A DNA stretch of 64,000 nt, taken from positions 744,001 through 808,000 of the forward strand of contig BROI01000006.1 in NCBI GenBank assembly GCA_027923505.1, in the 5' to 3' direction. The number at the start of each line of letters is the position of its first letter. Position 1 is the stretch's first letter. The notes under the pieces were generated by a model, which was not told the origin of the DNA, did not search any database, and saw only the letters and a list, made by a program, of their open reading frames with translations. Source of the DNA: Mayamaea pseudoterrestris (Eukaryota). Positions 12,021-26,076 of the stretch are shown here, in pieces. The translations under genes were made by a program, and so were the position numbers.

Positions 12021-13983
12021 TTACAATTTATCTAGCGAGCCCAAATCTTTCAAAACTTGGTATGCCCTCTCCTCCACGGTCATGGCTGCATAACGCGCTT
12101 GCCGCGCCGCTTCATCTTCTTCTGCCGCTTCAGCGACCGGAGCTGGAGCTGGCACTTCGTCGACTGGCTCACTCGCCACAGGTTCGGCTTCTTCAACTGG
12201 CGCAGCAGCAGTTTCTTCCGCTACAATGTCAATTGTATCATCGGCAAGTGCCTCAACGTCGACATCTGCTCCTAGTAGTTCCTTCTCTCTCTTCAGCGAG
12301 TCTTCTGCAATTTGCTTCATCAAATTTTCGTCAAACTGCTCCTCGTCCTTGTAGTCAACCTCGAGCTCGGCTCTTTCCGCTAACCACTCCATGACAGCTT
12401 GACGCTGAAGAGTCGTTTCAACCTTGGCACGAATCATCTTTTCATCGCCTATATCTTCCTTTTGTGCGGCAGCATCCTTTCTAATCGATTCTAGCTGCTC
12501 TTCCACTTGATAGGCGGGAATGTTAATGTTTTCTAAACGAGCAATCTCGTCGGTGGCCATGGAAATCTTAAAGTCACGCTCAATGCCTGGTTTGACAATG
12601 TTCTTGTACTTTAAAAAGTTCTCTGGCGTAATTTGACTCTTGAGAACCTCGTCATCAACTCCATTGGCCCTCATGTCTGCCATCATGACTGCGTATTTTT
12701 CGCGCGCTTGGTTGGTGACCAATGTGTCCGGCACGTCAACGTCAAAAACTTCCGCCAATGCTTCTCCCAATGCCTTGTTACGTTCTGGGACAAATTCTTT
12801 GGCGTCTTCAGCGTCGATTGCCTTTCGAAGTTCATCCATGAGTCCATCCGCCGTCAAGCCGGCGCGCACCTGATTGGCAAAATCGTCCGTCACGTCGGGT
12901 ACCATGCGCTTGGAGGCTTCCAACACCTTGACGTCGAAAATGGCAGGTTTGCCGGCCAAAGTTTTATCGCGAAGTTTCTGTACGCAGTTAATGCAGCGGA
13001 TAACAAGTGTCAGTCGTTAGATGGCTTTGCCACTTTGACGACGAAGGCCTCTCTCGACGATCCACAGCATCACAGATAATACTCACTTCCGGAAACGAAA
13101 CCTTGACAGTCACCGTATCTCCCACCTTGGCACCAATCAAACCATCGACAAGTCCCTCCATGTACCGTCCTGGTCCCAAGATGACTTCGACGCGATCACC
13201 GGAGGCGGCATTCGGGAGTGGATCTCCCTTGGTGCCATCCGCCGTGGCCATGTAGCCGTCCATTTGCACGACGCAAGCGTCGCCAAGTTGGAGTGCGTGG
13301 TTAACATCGTCAATGGTTTCCAGAGTCGCGTATCGCTCCTTCAAATCGTTCAAGGCGCGGTCGAGTCGCTCCTGATTGAATGGTTTGCGCGTGTATTTTG
13401 CCTTGAGGCCAACGTAGGGTTTTTCATCATTTGTTTTGCTCGTCGCCCACTTGATGTCGGGCCAAACGTCACACTTGACTTGCAACTCGATCGGTTCACC
13501 AGGTACATAGGTTTCGGCAATTTCCTCCGCCGGTTTGACAAGAGTAGCCTGTCCAATTGGATCAAGCGACTGCTCCTTGAGTGTTGGTTCAACAAGTTGA
13601 GCAATCAAATCTTGAATGGCTTGCACTTTGAGGGCATTTCTGCCTCCCTTTGCCGACATGACTTGCTCCAGCACTTTGGGTGGAATCTTACTGCCCTTGC
13701 GAAAGCCTGGAATGCTGAGTGTTTTGGAAAGTTCGTTGGCCACCTTGTCGTAGGCGGCTTGTGTGGCTTTGCCAGGAACGGCAATGTTAACTTCGACGGC
13801 AGAATTTTCCAACCTCTTGACAACAACAGATGTTTCCGATGATGAAGCCGGGGATGACTGAAGCGGAACATTTAGAAATGCTCGTCGTTGCTGCCTTTGC
13901 GAAAGGTGCAACGGAACGGTGAAGGCGTCCGACCATGGGAGCAGATGGAGTGCGACTAAAGACGTCGCGGAAAGTAGTTTCAT
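12021..13983 (-). CDS. tig: Plastid trigger factor; join(13087..13983, 12021..12977)
   Basis: Signal peptide SDA-FTVP and the ribosome-binding signature IPGFRKG.KIP. FKBP-like domain (LG.GRYMEGL.DGL.G...G.......SFPE|KLRDKTLAGK.A.F.V) across intron 12978..13086 (GTGAGT...TACAG). Confidence 0.92.
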
Positions 13984-14305
13984 GATATGTTTTGCTACTT
14001 CCAGTTAAAGAGATATCTGGGATCCTGAGCACAGTAGAATGCTTGGTGAAGGTATCAATTTCCTTGTTTCTTGGAGAATGAAGTTTGATTTGATGGCAGG
14101 TTCCAGATCTCGTTTTGATGGCTGTCGCTGTCACGGACGCACGCAAATGTCGCAGAGGCTTTCCCAAGAACCGCTGCGACGTGACATTCGTTTCTCATGG
14201 CGCGCGCGACCGCGCCATGGCCATGCAAGTCCAATTCCATTTTCGGTTCGTCCATCTTAATTTTTGATAGCACGACCAAGCAAACAAACACAAGCAACTG
14301 CCATC

Positions 14306-15357
14306 ATGCCATCTTCGTATCAGCAAACTGCGGGACCGAGTAAGGCTACCAAGTTTGTCAACTCGAATCCGCTGGATCCAATGCTGCGACCCTTCAGCAT
14401 CAGCAATGCAAGTAATGTACTTTCGAAGAAAAGGAGAATGATAATGCCATAATCTAACATACTTTAAACGTTATCTTTAATATTAAGGACGACCATGACT
14501 TGCAAGCCTCCGAGTTGGCGGACAAGGTCAACCAGCGACTTGAAAATGATCGAAGGACTGCGCCGCGAAACGTTGCGCCAATGGTGAATTCATCAGCTGC
14601 AGGAGACAATGCGTATCAACAACCCGTTGCTTCAGCAGCAGCAGCAGCAGCAGCAGCAGCATCACTACAGCAAAAGACTCCAAATTTAAAGTGCGAGGCG
14701 CCGCGCCAAGTAAAAACGAAACAGTCAAACCACGAACATGACAGCGACAACAACAGCGACGACGATTCCTGGCTCGACGACGACGACAACCAAGACGACC
14801 CCGTGTTAGAAGCCATTCGCCAACGCCGATTGCGCGAGCTCCAATCGCAGCACGACCAGCGCATCGCAAACATTGCCAAGGGCCACGGCGAGTTGCGCAT
14901 CATTGCGCAGGACGACTTTATACCCGAGTGCACAAGCAGCAGTTCCGAGTACGTGGTGGTGCACTTTTGTCACGACGAGTACCAGCGCTGCCACATTTTG
15001 AACCATCACTTGAAGCTTTTGGCGCCGCTGCACGTGGAGTGCAAGTTTCTGCAACTCAACGCAACCAAGGCGCCATTCTTTGTCACCAAGCTGAACGTGC
15101 GCACGCTGCCAACGTTGATTGTCTTTCGGCATGGTCAGGTGGTGGATCGCATGACTGGTTTCGACAAGATTGTAGCGAGTGACAACAAGGCTGACGTGGA
15201 TGACTGGAAGACGAGTCGTTTGCAGGAATGGTTGGCCTCGACGGGTGCCATTAACTATACTTCGCCAATGAAGGAGCATGACGAAGGCGGCGACCGAGTT
15301 GGTTATCGATCACGGATCTACCGAGGTACTGGTGAAAGTATTGACGATGACTGCTAA
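14306..15357 (+). CDS. Phosducin-like / thioredoxin-domain protein (PhLP3/TXNDC9-like); join(14306..14407, 14488..15357), splice sites uncertain
   Basis: LEAIRQRRLRELQ...GHGELRII.QDDF......VVVHF.H.EY.RC.IL..HL..LA..H.E.KFL.LNA.KAPFFVTKLNVRTLPTL. Short first exon and intron inferred (CTAAC branch site near 14454). Confidence 0.85.
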
Positions 15358-15740
15358 CTGAGTGCTGCGGTTGTTTCCCCAGTGCCAATGAACCTTGTCA
15401 TGCGACGCTGAGACAATGATTCTTTGCCTTCGTAGTATCAACTACGTATGAGACTCTTTAAAATAACTATAGCTTAATGCGATAGCTCAAAGAGATGCTA
15501 ATCATCGCTACTTTAACTGTAAATAGTACTCAAACCATACTTCTACCACAATTTCATTTGCGGCTTCGACGAGCAAACGGAAGCTGAAAATCGCTCCGGT
15601 ACTCGTCCGTCCATCGTTTGGTCTGCGCGAGGCAGCAAGGTTCGCCATGGCGATCTGCGGCATCATCATCAAGCATATACTGTGTATCTTCCTTTCGCTG
15701 ATCTGTTACGCACTTGAATCTAACCAAACGACAATCCGCC

Positions 15741-18700
15741 ATGTCAATCCGCGTCGAACGGCCTTTGTCAAACACTAGCAACGAAGACGATGCACAAAAT
15801 CATCAGCAACAGCAGCAACAGCAGCAAACAATGCAAAGTCAATTAACGCCTCCGCAAATAATTTCGCAAGCATGCCAGCGACTCTTAGATCCATCGCAAG
15901 GTCGCTCGCGGCGCATCGAAACGTGCGAGTCGCTCGCGCAAATGAGCTCGCAGGTTGACGCCTACTTGACCTTTGGGGGTGTTGCGCAGGCGCGCGGCCC
16001 GCCACTGGATTGGAGCTTGTTTCGCAAGGCGTACAGTGTCGTCATGTGGATGCGACCAAACGTATTAGCGGAGGCGAGTACTACTACTAGTGATGGTAGC
16101 AGCAGCAGCAGCAGCAGCAAGCTGGCCTACGATCGAAGCCCATCCATGGAACGATGCTTGTATCGCTTCGCCACGGAACCAAGGAAGGAAAGCAACAGCA
16201 GCAGCAACTTTACGCAGCAATCCAAGTCCAGTGGCGTTGTCGTTCACACGTCTCCCTGGACGCTTGTCAAAAATATTGAATCGAATCAAGGCGAAGACTC
16301 GAATTGTCAATTCGCCGAAACGATTCTCACCGCCATGACGCTGCCGTGCCTGGAAACACTCACCAACTCCAACAGTAACACGCCAAGCTCGCGCCGCGTC
16401 TCCTATCCACTGCGAATGCGCGTCGGACAATGGCACTTGGTGTGCCTTTCGCACGTTTGTCCCTATCTAAAGCGGCCGCAGTGGAGCGTGACGGTAGATG
16501 GAAGTGTGCTGTTTAGCAGTGAACTGGACTATCCGACACTTTCGACGGCCTCCAAGCTGAGTACCAATAGTGAAGCGTCCATGATGCAAAGTCATGTGTA
16601 CTTTCAAAATATATGTGCGGGTGGAATCTTGTGTGAACATGATAATGGTGTGACGACGACGGCGGCGACAAGTTTCAACACGTCAATCAGCAATTTTGAC
16701 GACTCGTTACGCAACGTAAAATCCACCATTAGACCATTTTCACTGGACGTTTCGGGTCTTGGCGTATACCCCGACGCCATTTCGCCCAACGTACTGGCAG
16801 TCGTTGCCGCATCGACGAGAGGCAGCTGCCTGACATCCTTTGGCATGATTCCCTGCATTCCGCCCGTGGCAAACTGGAGCAAGGGATCCAGTGCCAGTGA
16901 AGGCTTGCCAAAGGTGGGCATTCCACTCATGGTGCATGCGACGTGTCTTGACATTCAGAAACTATCGGATCGGTTGGTCTTTGGCGTTTCGGCGAATGAG
17001 AGTTATGTTGTTGGTTGTGACGAAAAGACAGTGAGCTCGTGCGGGAATGAAGGTGGGAACGGAAACGACAATTCACATGGTGACTCGCAGCAGCCACACC
17101 AGCGCATCATTTTGACCATGTCCCCGCAACCTGGATCCATGTCGGACACGCCTCGCGTTGGTCTGGTTCAGCCAGGACAGCCAGTGCGCATGGACAAGGA
17201 TGACTTGCCGTCGCTGTACGTGACTGGCAATTGCACGCTGACTCGATCAATGGATGCCTTTCGACGAGTATTTGGTAACGATGGTGGTGGTGCCAAAAAT
17301 GTGGAGCTTGCCACAACCATGGCTCCCTGGTCCGTCGCGCTGCAGGATCAAGGCTTGATTTCGGCTGTTGTCTTGCCATTCTTCTTGGCGCTCACACCGC
17401 CAGGGAAAATATATGGAGCGCAAGAGAGTCTCTACCTTGATTCCATACGGCAATTGCACGACTTGTATTCGGACAATGGGTTTTACGCGGCGAAACTCAT
17501 TCATTTACTGTGCACCGTCATTGAGACTGGCGGCGCCCGCGTGCAGGAGGAGGTGCTGCAGAGCGGATGCATTCACATTTTGGCGTCGAGCTTGCGTTTA
17601 TCCTTGGTGCGGGCGAATCGCGTCAATTTCTTTTCATCGTTGCCGCAGCAGCGGCCCAAGGACTTGGCGGATGTTGTCAAGCGATTGAAGCGAATTGATG
17701 ATGATGGTGCATTCGAAGTTCGTGGAAGCAACATGATGATTTCTCCGCGGCATGTCCCGGTTTTGATTGTCGAAGCTTGTGAGCGGCTCGTTGACGTTTG
17801 TTGCGGCCCTGCTGCGTCGAGCATTGAATTGTTGTCCCCGGCGGATCGCGTCGTTCGAACGTCGGATTTGGCGCTCACGGCACTGTTCACGTTTGCGCTG
17901 GACTTTGACTTGTGGGGCGTTGACGCCAAGGCAGCGGGAAGGTTGTTCAAGTCCGTCGCCGATCGTTACGGTGACTTTTGCATCACCTACGGCTACATTA
18001 TTCGAAGTCAAGTTTCGGTACAATATATATTGGATGTTATTCGTGTTCAGTATGACCCACAGCCTACATCTTCTGAATCGGAGGAGATTGGCTTGCATCT
18101 TTGCCGGCTTCTCACCGCCATGCTTCTTGCGTCGCTGTCTAATCGACGTTCGGTTACTCAAGCGGAGCATGATGTGTCTGCCTGCATTCGAGCACTCACT
18201 GGGGCTCCACTTGGCAGTCTCATGGCCCATATTATTTTGAATGCTTTGGTGGAAGTCCTTGTCTTTTGCGATGTGCTTCCCTCGGAAGTTGCAATATTCT
18301 TTACTAATCATGGTACCAGCGATGAACATAAAATGCAAGTGGCGGCACGCATGGGTCGCAACGTACTGATGTCGGCGTTCTTGGATGTTGTGGGGCCCAT
18401 TGTTCTTTCTCGAACAGTTTTCGCGGGCGACTTTGTGCAAAAAGTTAAAACGCAAGATGGAGTATCTTCTGATGGCTCGTCTGGCTCGCTCTGTTGGCAA
18501 AGTCATTGGCGGGTATCCCTTTTACTATACTCATGGATTGCTTCAATTGCTGGCTCCGAGGGATTCGAAGCTGCTATTTCGACAGGACAACTTCTTCTTG
18601 CGTCTGGTTACGCAGGCTCGTTGACGGGGGCAATGGATGATGTAGAGAATGATCTGGTCTCTGCATTATTTCTTCCGTCGCCAGCGGTTGCTCAGATCAT

Positions 18701-21700
18701 TGGCTTTGCTCTGCGGAGTAATTGGAGTTATCAAGAGATGCTAGCTGATCGCTGCCGCATCATGGTTCCGTTATTACCTGGGATGGTCACCTCCTTACTC
18801 CCTCGGATTTTGTTCGGGGATGCCGATGTTGCCGATCGCGCGCTGCAGATTTTGTCAAACCTGCTGATATCCGTTGGAGCTGCCCTTCAGCGAGTCTATG
18901 GAGGAATAAATATTTGCGCTGGCTCGTCGGCCGATTCTAGGGAAAAGACATCGGAGGTTGTCAAGTCTATGAAAATTTTGGCGCCGCACCTCTTTATCGT
19001 GGCTTTGCTTCTGGAAAACTTGGCGACTGTTAAGTTAAGCGATGATACCGAACGATGGGAGGGGATCATACTGCCGAATTTTTGCGATGGTGGCGATTGC
19101 GCGGACTGGAGCACTGATGGTAACAATTCGCTCTCATCATTCGAGAATGTGCTAAACAGACTCCCTGCTGAAGAAACAGGACGGATTGACGGGTCGACAG
19201 TATCGACTCTTCGTTTAATTGCTGATAGCGTTCTGATGACTTGTGCAGCACTTGTAAATGTGTCTTTTAGCTATGGCGGAGCCGGTGCAGCTGATTCATT
19301 GTGGGACGTGATTATGGAACACATCGACGATTTCATCATCCATTGCTCAGTTGGTGATCTGGATACTGGTGGTGTCTTTAAAGCTGAGACTAAATCGACA
19401 GCAATAAAGGGACTATGTCGACTTGTCACATACATTTTAAAACGTTCTTTGAAGCGTGAAGGTCAATGGGACATGTGGAGCTATGAACAGGCGTCAGCTG
19501 TGTCGACGTTATGCGGTAAGGTCGACGAGACCGGGTTGCTTCGCCAGGCTATGGGCACGTCTTTAGGTGGTAAGTCGTCTTTTAGCGACGACCAGGTTTC
19601 CTTAACGTTTGCCTTTCTTGACGTCTTAGCCTATGGGCGTGACATGACTGGGTGGTGTCAATTGGAGACCCTTCCAACGATAATGAATTCAAGCGGAACC
19701 GGACTTGCTCATCATCCTTCGACTGCATCCAAGCTGATGCTTCCTGTGCTTCAGACTTGTATTCGCACCTTGTTAATGAGTTTGGACATAATTGATCCTA
19801 AACACACTGTTGCTCTGTCAAACGCGAGGAACTCAGTTGAACCACGGGACGAGTATGTCACTGTGCACGAGAAAGTTACACTGGTGCATGACATTGCAGC
19901 AGAGGAGTTGGACTTGACCTTGACAGCTGCAATCGTCGGCTTAGCGTTCCCTGCAGCTTGCGACATTGCGCTCTGCGCCCTCGCAGCTCTCCAGAGGGCG
20001 CGTTCTGTCCAGGATAGCTCGAACGTGGGTGGCTCCGTGCTCGATCGTTTATACATGAAAGTCGTCGATGAGCTACGGGTGCGATTTGAATGTGAAGGAC
20101 AACTTAAAGAAAAAGCGCTTTTTGATTGCCATGACGAGCATCATGATGATATATTGCATAGGTATGCAAGGGACGATTCGGAGGCAGTTGAGAGATTGAT
20201 CTTGGGGAATGCTTACGAAGGCGAGAGAGGGATTGAACAACAGCTTATACGCCCGGATGTATTGCATGCCGCGCTAGATGAGTTCAGTCGACTTGGCAAT
20301 GATAGTTTAGACGTCAAAAAGGACAATTCGGCGCTTCGTGCTTGTGTCATCGCATGGGCGGCGAAAAGTCGAGCTAGGGAGATAGATCCGCTAACTAATC
20401 TTTTCGAATCAAAGCTGCATGCTGGCGACATTCGCATTGATAATGTTCCGGATACTATGGCAACGAGGCCATTTGCGACGACTGTGCCTCCGGTTGCGTC
20501 CGACACAGCAGCCGATGCTGTAAGTAATTTCTTTGAATGTGCAGCGACAGAAAAGTTTCGATTGGGCGAGATTTCAAACCGCTTCCTGCCGGATCAGCGC
20601 TACAATCGACTGTCATATACTCAGCGGTATTGTTGGGCAAGGCATATGGAGCTCTCGTATACAGTGGATGATCAACTTTGGGAAAGGAGCGTTCCGGACG
20701 GTAACCGAGACGTAAGATCCCGCATTCCCACAGTTCCATGTTGCCCGGAATTCCGGCGGTTCGTCCCTAGTTTTCTGGATCATTATGCAGATACGAAGAG
20801 CGAGCCAATCGACGAGACAAAAGCCACACTCGAGGATAAGCGAACTTCGCTTCTAGCTGATATGGACGCTTTTACAAAAAATCTTCTAGAAACTGGCACT
20901 CTCGCAATTGTGGATATTACTAAGAATGAAATTCCCGACGAGGAAGACGAACTCGAGCTTTCAGTACAAGCGGCTCACGCGCCGGCGCTTGATTTTGATG
21001 ACGAAGATGCCGAATATCTTCCACGCAGTGACTCCATGAACTCAGAAGAAGTTGGGGAATTGGCACCACCGCCGGATGACAAAACGATCATGGACACGGA
21101 ACCATATTTGGGAAGTACCGGCTCAGCCAAGACTCTTTCACTCATCAGCAACAGTGCTTTTTCTACGCCCCCTGACAATTCATCATCGAGCCTACACCTA
21201 ATGCCTTCTAACGCCGGCGGCATTGAACATCACATGGGTGATTGTTTGCATGTCCGAGCGGAAGGTAGTCGAGTCTGTAGTTTATTGCTGACGAGCTCGC
21301 ATCTCATCCTGGAGTATGAGGCTGATCATGATGGATTCTACGAGGGAGAGTTCTTGGCTGCCAAAGAAGATGCACAGAGAGAGCAGACTCTCAGAGATGC
21401 TGGGGAGTTTCATGACAACGATCCGGAGTGGCTATATCAGCATCGGGTCGAATTAAAACGAAGGGAAGCTGCACGTTTGCGGCCGCAATCGATTCGATGG
21501 AATTTGTCAGAAGTTTCTCACATATATCTGAGACGATATCGCTTACGCGATTCGTCCCTAGAAATATTTTTCATGTAAGTTTATGCGCATACTACTTGCT
21601 TCGTGACCGTTACTCATATAATGCCCATGCATCAACAGACCGTCCGGCGGGGCTTCATTCGGTGGGACGGGTGCATTCAGCGCCTCCTTATCACTATTTT

Positions 21701-24346
21701 TAGATTTCGGATCGGGACGCGATGGACTCACCCGTCGCGACGACATGGCATTCTCGATCATGCAGCGTTCTCCTCCGCAGGCAGTTAAACAGTGGCCGGA
21801 TCGGAGCGCGATATTCCTTCACGACCAGCTTAACCGACTCACGCTTGGTTGGGCAGAAAGGCGAATAACAAACTTTGATTATCTGCTGCATCTGAACATG
21901 CTTGCGGGGCGAAGCTACAATGACATCTGCCAGTACCCAGTGTTTCCATGGGTGTTATCCAATTATACGTCAGAGACGGTTCCCGATTTGAATGACGTAA
22001 AAAACTATCGCGACCTGTCGAAGCCGATTGGAGCAATAAACGAACAACGTCTAGCGGAGTTTCAAGAGCGATTTGAGTCATTTGTTGATCCCAGTATACC
22101 ACCCTTCATGTACGGAAGCCATTATTCAACAAGTGCCGGTGTCGTCTTGCATTTTCTCGTGCGATTGGTAAATGAATTTGTTTTATTTGAGTGCATTTGA
22201 ATCGTGGCCTTTTTCTGAACCACCTCTGTTACAATTTCAGCACCCTTTCGCAGGGCTTCATCGCCAGCTACAAAGCGGGCACTTCGATTGCGCCGATCGC
22301 CTTTTCAGCTCAGTACCGCGGACTTGGAGTATGTGTACCGGCACCTCAGCTGCGGAGGTAAAAGAACTCACTCCCGAGTGGTACTGCAATCCAGCTTTTC
22401 TGCGAAACGTGAATCAATTCAAGCTAGGCACTTCACAAGACGGCGATGTCTTGGGCGACGTAGCGCTGCCCCCTTGGGCAAACGGCAGTGCAGACAAGTT
22501 TGTTGAAGTCATGAGAGCGGCGCTAGAGAGCGATATTTGCTCTGAAATGCTTCCATCATGGATTGATCTCATATTCGGTCGTAAGCAGCAAGGATCTGAA
22601 GCAATCAAAGCAAACAATGTCTTCTTCTACCTAACTTATTACGGCTCTGTGGACGTTGCCAGCATTGAAGATGAAAGTCTTCGTCAGGCGACAGAGCTTC
22701 AGATCCAGCATTTCGGCCAGACGCCGAGGCAGTTGTTCCGACGTTATCACATCCCCCGCTTCCCGGTGAATCTTCAACATCTATCATTCTACCAATGCAT
22801 CAGTGCCTACAGCCCCATGTCCGGCTCGTCGCGCAACGACTCTATGGCCGCTGAGCTGACAGAAAGTAACAACGCATCGCTCGTGAAGGGTCGGAAACCA
22901 TTTTTAGGTTCGCCAATCTCATACTGGGTACATTTGGATGCGCCTCCACCTGGGCCACATGGTGCGCTGATGAATGTTCGGTTTGCCGGCATCGATCGGT
23001 GCCTCGCCATTGACGACAAGGGAATATTCCACACATTTCGCTGGGCGTGGCGCGCTGACGAGTTAATTGACACTGCTGATAACGAGAATGGTTGTTTCAT
23101 TGCGCAACGGGAGCTCCCACGATTTCGAACAATTCCGCGTCTGATGCATGCCTCGCCGCAAGGGCGTACTGTCGCAGCTGCCATATCCAAAACTTTGTTT
23201 GCAGGCCGTTCCGTCCTACTTGTTCTTTCGGACGGCGACGGAAAGGGTGGACTTGGCATGCAGCTGGTCGATCCGTCCAAGGGGAGCATTCGCGGGGAAG
23301 TGTTAATCCCTGCTGCTCACTCATGCGAAATCACATGCATTGTTACAGATCCGATTGGTACTGCGGCAGGCCATGGAGGTGTTGGCGGAGAGCTGGCACT
23401 CGTTGGCAGTGCCGACGGTTGCGCGAGTCTATGGCGTTTCATGTCCAGTCACTATCTTCCACTCCGGCCGCGCGCTCGCCTGGCGGGTCATCAGGGAGCC
23501 AAGATTTCTGCTGTTGCGTTAAACTCGACGACTCATCTAGCCGCCACGGTATCGGCTGAGCGACTTTGTTTGCATTCGATTGGCAATGGTAATCTAATTC
23601 GTAGTTTTGGTCCTCCAGTTGATACAGTCAGCATGGCGGAGGACAGTGCCTTGTCAGTGGTAACTCGGTTTGCCGACACGCCTGCTTTGGCGATTTCAAG
23701 TCAAGGCTTTCTCGTGACTGTTTGCGAAAGCATTATCGAGTACACTACGTTGACGCGCACTGTAACAACCCTGAACATGTTTTCGATCGAAGGCGAGTTT
23801 TTGGGGTCGCGACCGATGGAACGATGGCGAGGCAAGCCTCATCGTATGATGGCAACACCCGATGGAACTGCCGTTTTGGTTTGCTCGGGGCGAGGTGTCA
23901 CGGTACACCGCCTTTCTTGCTGCCAGCCATTGGAAGTTATTGACGAATGGAGCGTTACCGAGTCGGACGACTTGACCAGCTCCGATAACGTTGAACATTG
24001 TTTCGATCTTGATTTAGGTCCAAGTTTGAATCGACCCGTGGCAGCGGCTGCCGCATGCTCCAATGGCGCATTACGACTCCACGCACTGCCTGGAATTTCG
24101 CAATGGAGCGAGCGGCACAAGAAGAGCAGTTTGGGTAGCACGGTGGGAAATGCCTTTGTCAAACCGGCACAAACAATGAACCGAGCGTTGAAGGAAGGTT
24201 TTAATTTCGGATCACGAATCGCTGGTATGGGTCGCGAAATAGGAAAGGATGTCGCAAAGGAAGTATCGACGGAAGTCAAGACGGCTGGAGTCGGCGGTTT
24301 TCTCGGCAATCTCATGAAGCGTCGCAACAATGCGCCAGGTTCATAA
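15741..24346 (+). CDS. BEACH-domain protein (neurobeachin/LYST/WDFY-like) with ConA-like N-terminal region, PH-BEACH and WD40 repeats; join(15741..21574, 21639..22167, 22241..24346)
   Basis: [14 protein letters not shown] (PH), then BEACH motifs W....[69 protein letters not shown] and FGQTP.QLF, then WD40-like repeats. GT-AG introns 21575..21638 and 22168..22240 join the three ORFs in frame. Confidence 0.93.
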
Positions 24347-25336
24347 TAATTACAATGACGTATAGTTAACATTACATGTTTAGCATGATAGTAGGTTTTA
24401 TCAATAGTTGCTATGCACACTCGAGCATTTTGCGGAAATGACGCTGCTTTTCGCCAATAGTTGTCGTGTTCAACCAACCATCTATAAACGCACGACGTGT
24501 ATTGACGCCAAACTCGCGTCTTGTATAAGATTTGGTGCAATTGCTTCGTCGTTCAACGTATTCTGTAAGCTTTGTCTCGCGTCGTATACCATTGAACGTC
24601 AATCGACTCGGAACATTGCTGACGGTTGATCCGGAGGCACCTTCATTCTGCATCCTTTGTCTGTTTTCGTCGCAGACCTGCCCGACGTAGTATAATGATA
24701 CCAGTACTGGCATGGATACATCGAATTGCAAGTATTGATTGTCTCGTTGCTGCGCGTGTTTGTCGCTCATTGTTTCGTCGACAAGCTCACGACGTTGGCA
24801 TGGCAGTGCCATTGGCGGCTGCTTCTCCTTTTATTCAAGCAACCAGCGCAGCCGCACGATTTATTCGACATTTGCAGCTGCACTAGCTTCTTGTCTAGTA
24901 AATTGTCGCCGACGAGTTGGTCTTCTATAGTAGTCGATGATTTGCGACTTGTCGTCGAGTCGTCGGCAATGAACGGACGACTGAAGTAACGCTTTTGCTT
25001 CACTGCAGTCGTTCAAGCTTCACAATATCATTATAGATCGTTGTCAGCGAATTTTGGAGCAAGCCGTGTTGTCCTGCTTGCAAGGTTAAACACACGGTTA
25101 AACCAGGACTCCGTTTGCAGCAGTTTCGTCGTCTCGCCTCCTCGTCTTTTCGTCATGCGATTTGCCGTACACGAGCCTCCTTCCATAGGTCTGTCGAGAT
25201 ATCGAAAAGATCCTCCCAGTAGTACGGTTGAGATCTTGTACTTGAACTAAAACTCGACCATTCGTCTCAGCGTACCTGCGCTTGCTGGAAGGAAGGTTCA
25301 TGATTATTTCACGATGATGATGTGCCTTCGTCCATG

Positions 25337-25606
25337 CGCCCACTGCTCGTTCATGCTTCGAGCCACATTCCTTTTCGGAAGTCCTGCCCAGCTCCGTGCC
25401 AACTGCTTTGACACATATTTGATTGGCCATAATACGTCACGACATGACGTGTCACCGTCGAGGCGGCGCGATCCACGCCCACGGCGCGTTCATGCTTCGA
25501 GCCATTCCCACCGTACGTCCAGCCCAGCTCCGTGCCCACTGATGTGACGCACATCCGATTGGCTAGAATACGTCATGCCTTGACGTGTCACCGTCGAGGC
25601 GGCGCG
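25337..25606. repeat. Imperfect tandem duplication, 2 copies with ~139-bp period
   Basis: Shared blocks cgttcatgcttcgagcca, gcccagctccgtgcc, gattggc.a.aatacgtca and tgacgtgtcaccgtcgaggcggcgcg occur at ~25337-25470 and ~25476-25606. Confidence 0.85.
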
Positions 25607-25817
25607 CGAATGTCCTCGCGGTGCCTGCACGCGTCAAGCTTGGCACGTAGAACCATCGGACATTGTTTCTCACCGCTCCCTTTGCGTCATACCAGCGCCT
25701 ATTATACGCTTGTACATTGAAAGTCCTCGTCAACCAATAGGAAAACTAAAGATAGCTATGACGGAAGGCACGCCATGAGAGAAGATTATATATGTATTGA
25801 TGCCGCTTTGTGGTAAT

Positions 25818-25890
25818 GGGGTATTAGCTCAGTGGTATGAGCGCCCGCTTTGCATGCGGGAGGTCCGCGGTTCGATCCCGTGATACTCCA
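25818..25890 (+). tRNA. trnA-UGC: tRNA-Ala (anticodon UGC)
   Basis: Acceptor stem GGGGTAT/ATACTCC with the G3:U70 Ala identity pair, D arm GCTC-AGTGGTAT-GAGC, anticodon arm CCCGC-TT-TGC-AT-GCGGG, T arm CGCGG-TTCGATC-CCGTG, discriminator A and a downstream T-run. Confidence 0.97.
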
Positions 25891-26044
25891 TTTCGTTTTG
25901 CCATTGCCGTTTATACTTGTTACGATTGTCCCAGCCTAGCATACATTTTTTGCCGCGTTCAAACATGCTTCTGCTGCTGGCGAATGCACTGTCAATTTGT
26001 CGCGCAGCAAGTAATGGCTCTCTTAAAAACCATGACGACTTCAG

Positions 26045-26076
26045 CAAATCGCAAATCGCAAATCACAAATCACAAA
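26045..26076. repeat. Short heptamer tandem repeat (CAAATCR) x~4.5
   Basis: caaatcg caaatcg caaatca caaatca caaa read directly. Confidence 0.7.

Noticed and set aside
14633..14661. (GCA)n / (CAG)n tracts here and at ~15803, ~16097 and ~62566
   Set aside because: Ordinary coding trinucleotide microsatellites (polyA, polyQ, polyS), common in diatom genes.
24411..25003. Overlapping minus-strand ORFs (133 aa and 78 aa) as a gene or pseudogene
   Set aside because: No recognisable motif and no convincing splice sites to join them. I cannot support a call without homology or RNA data.
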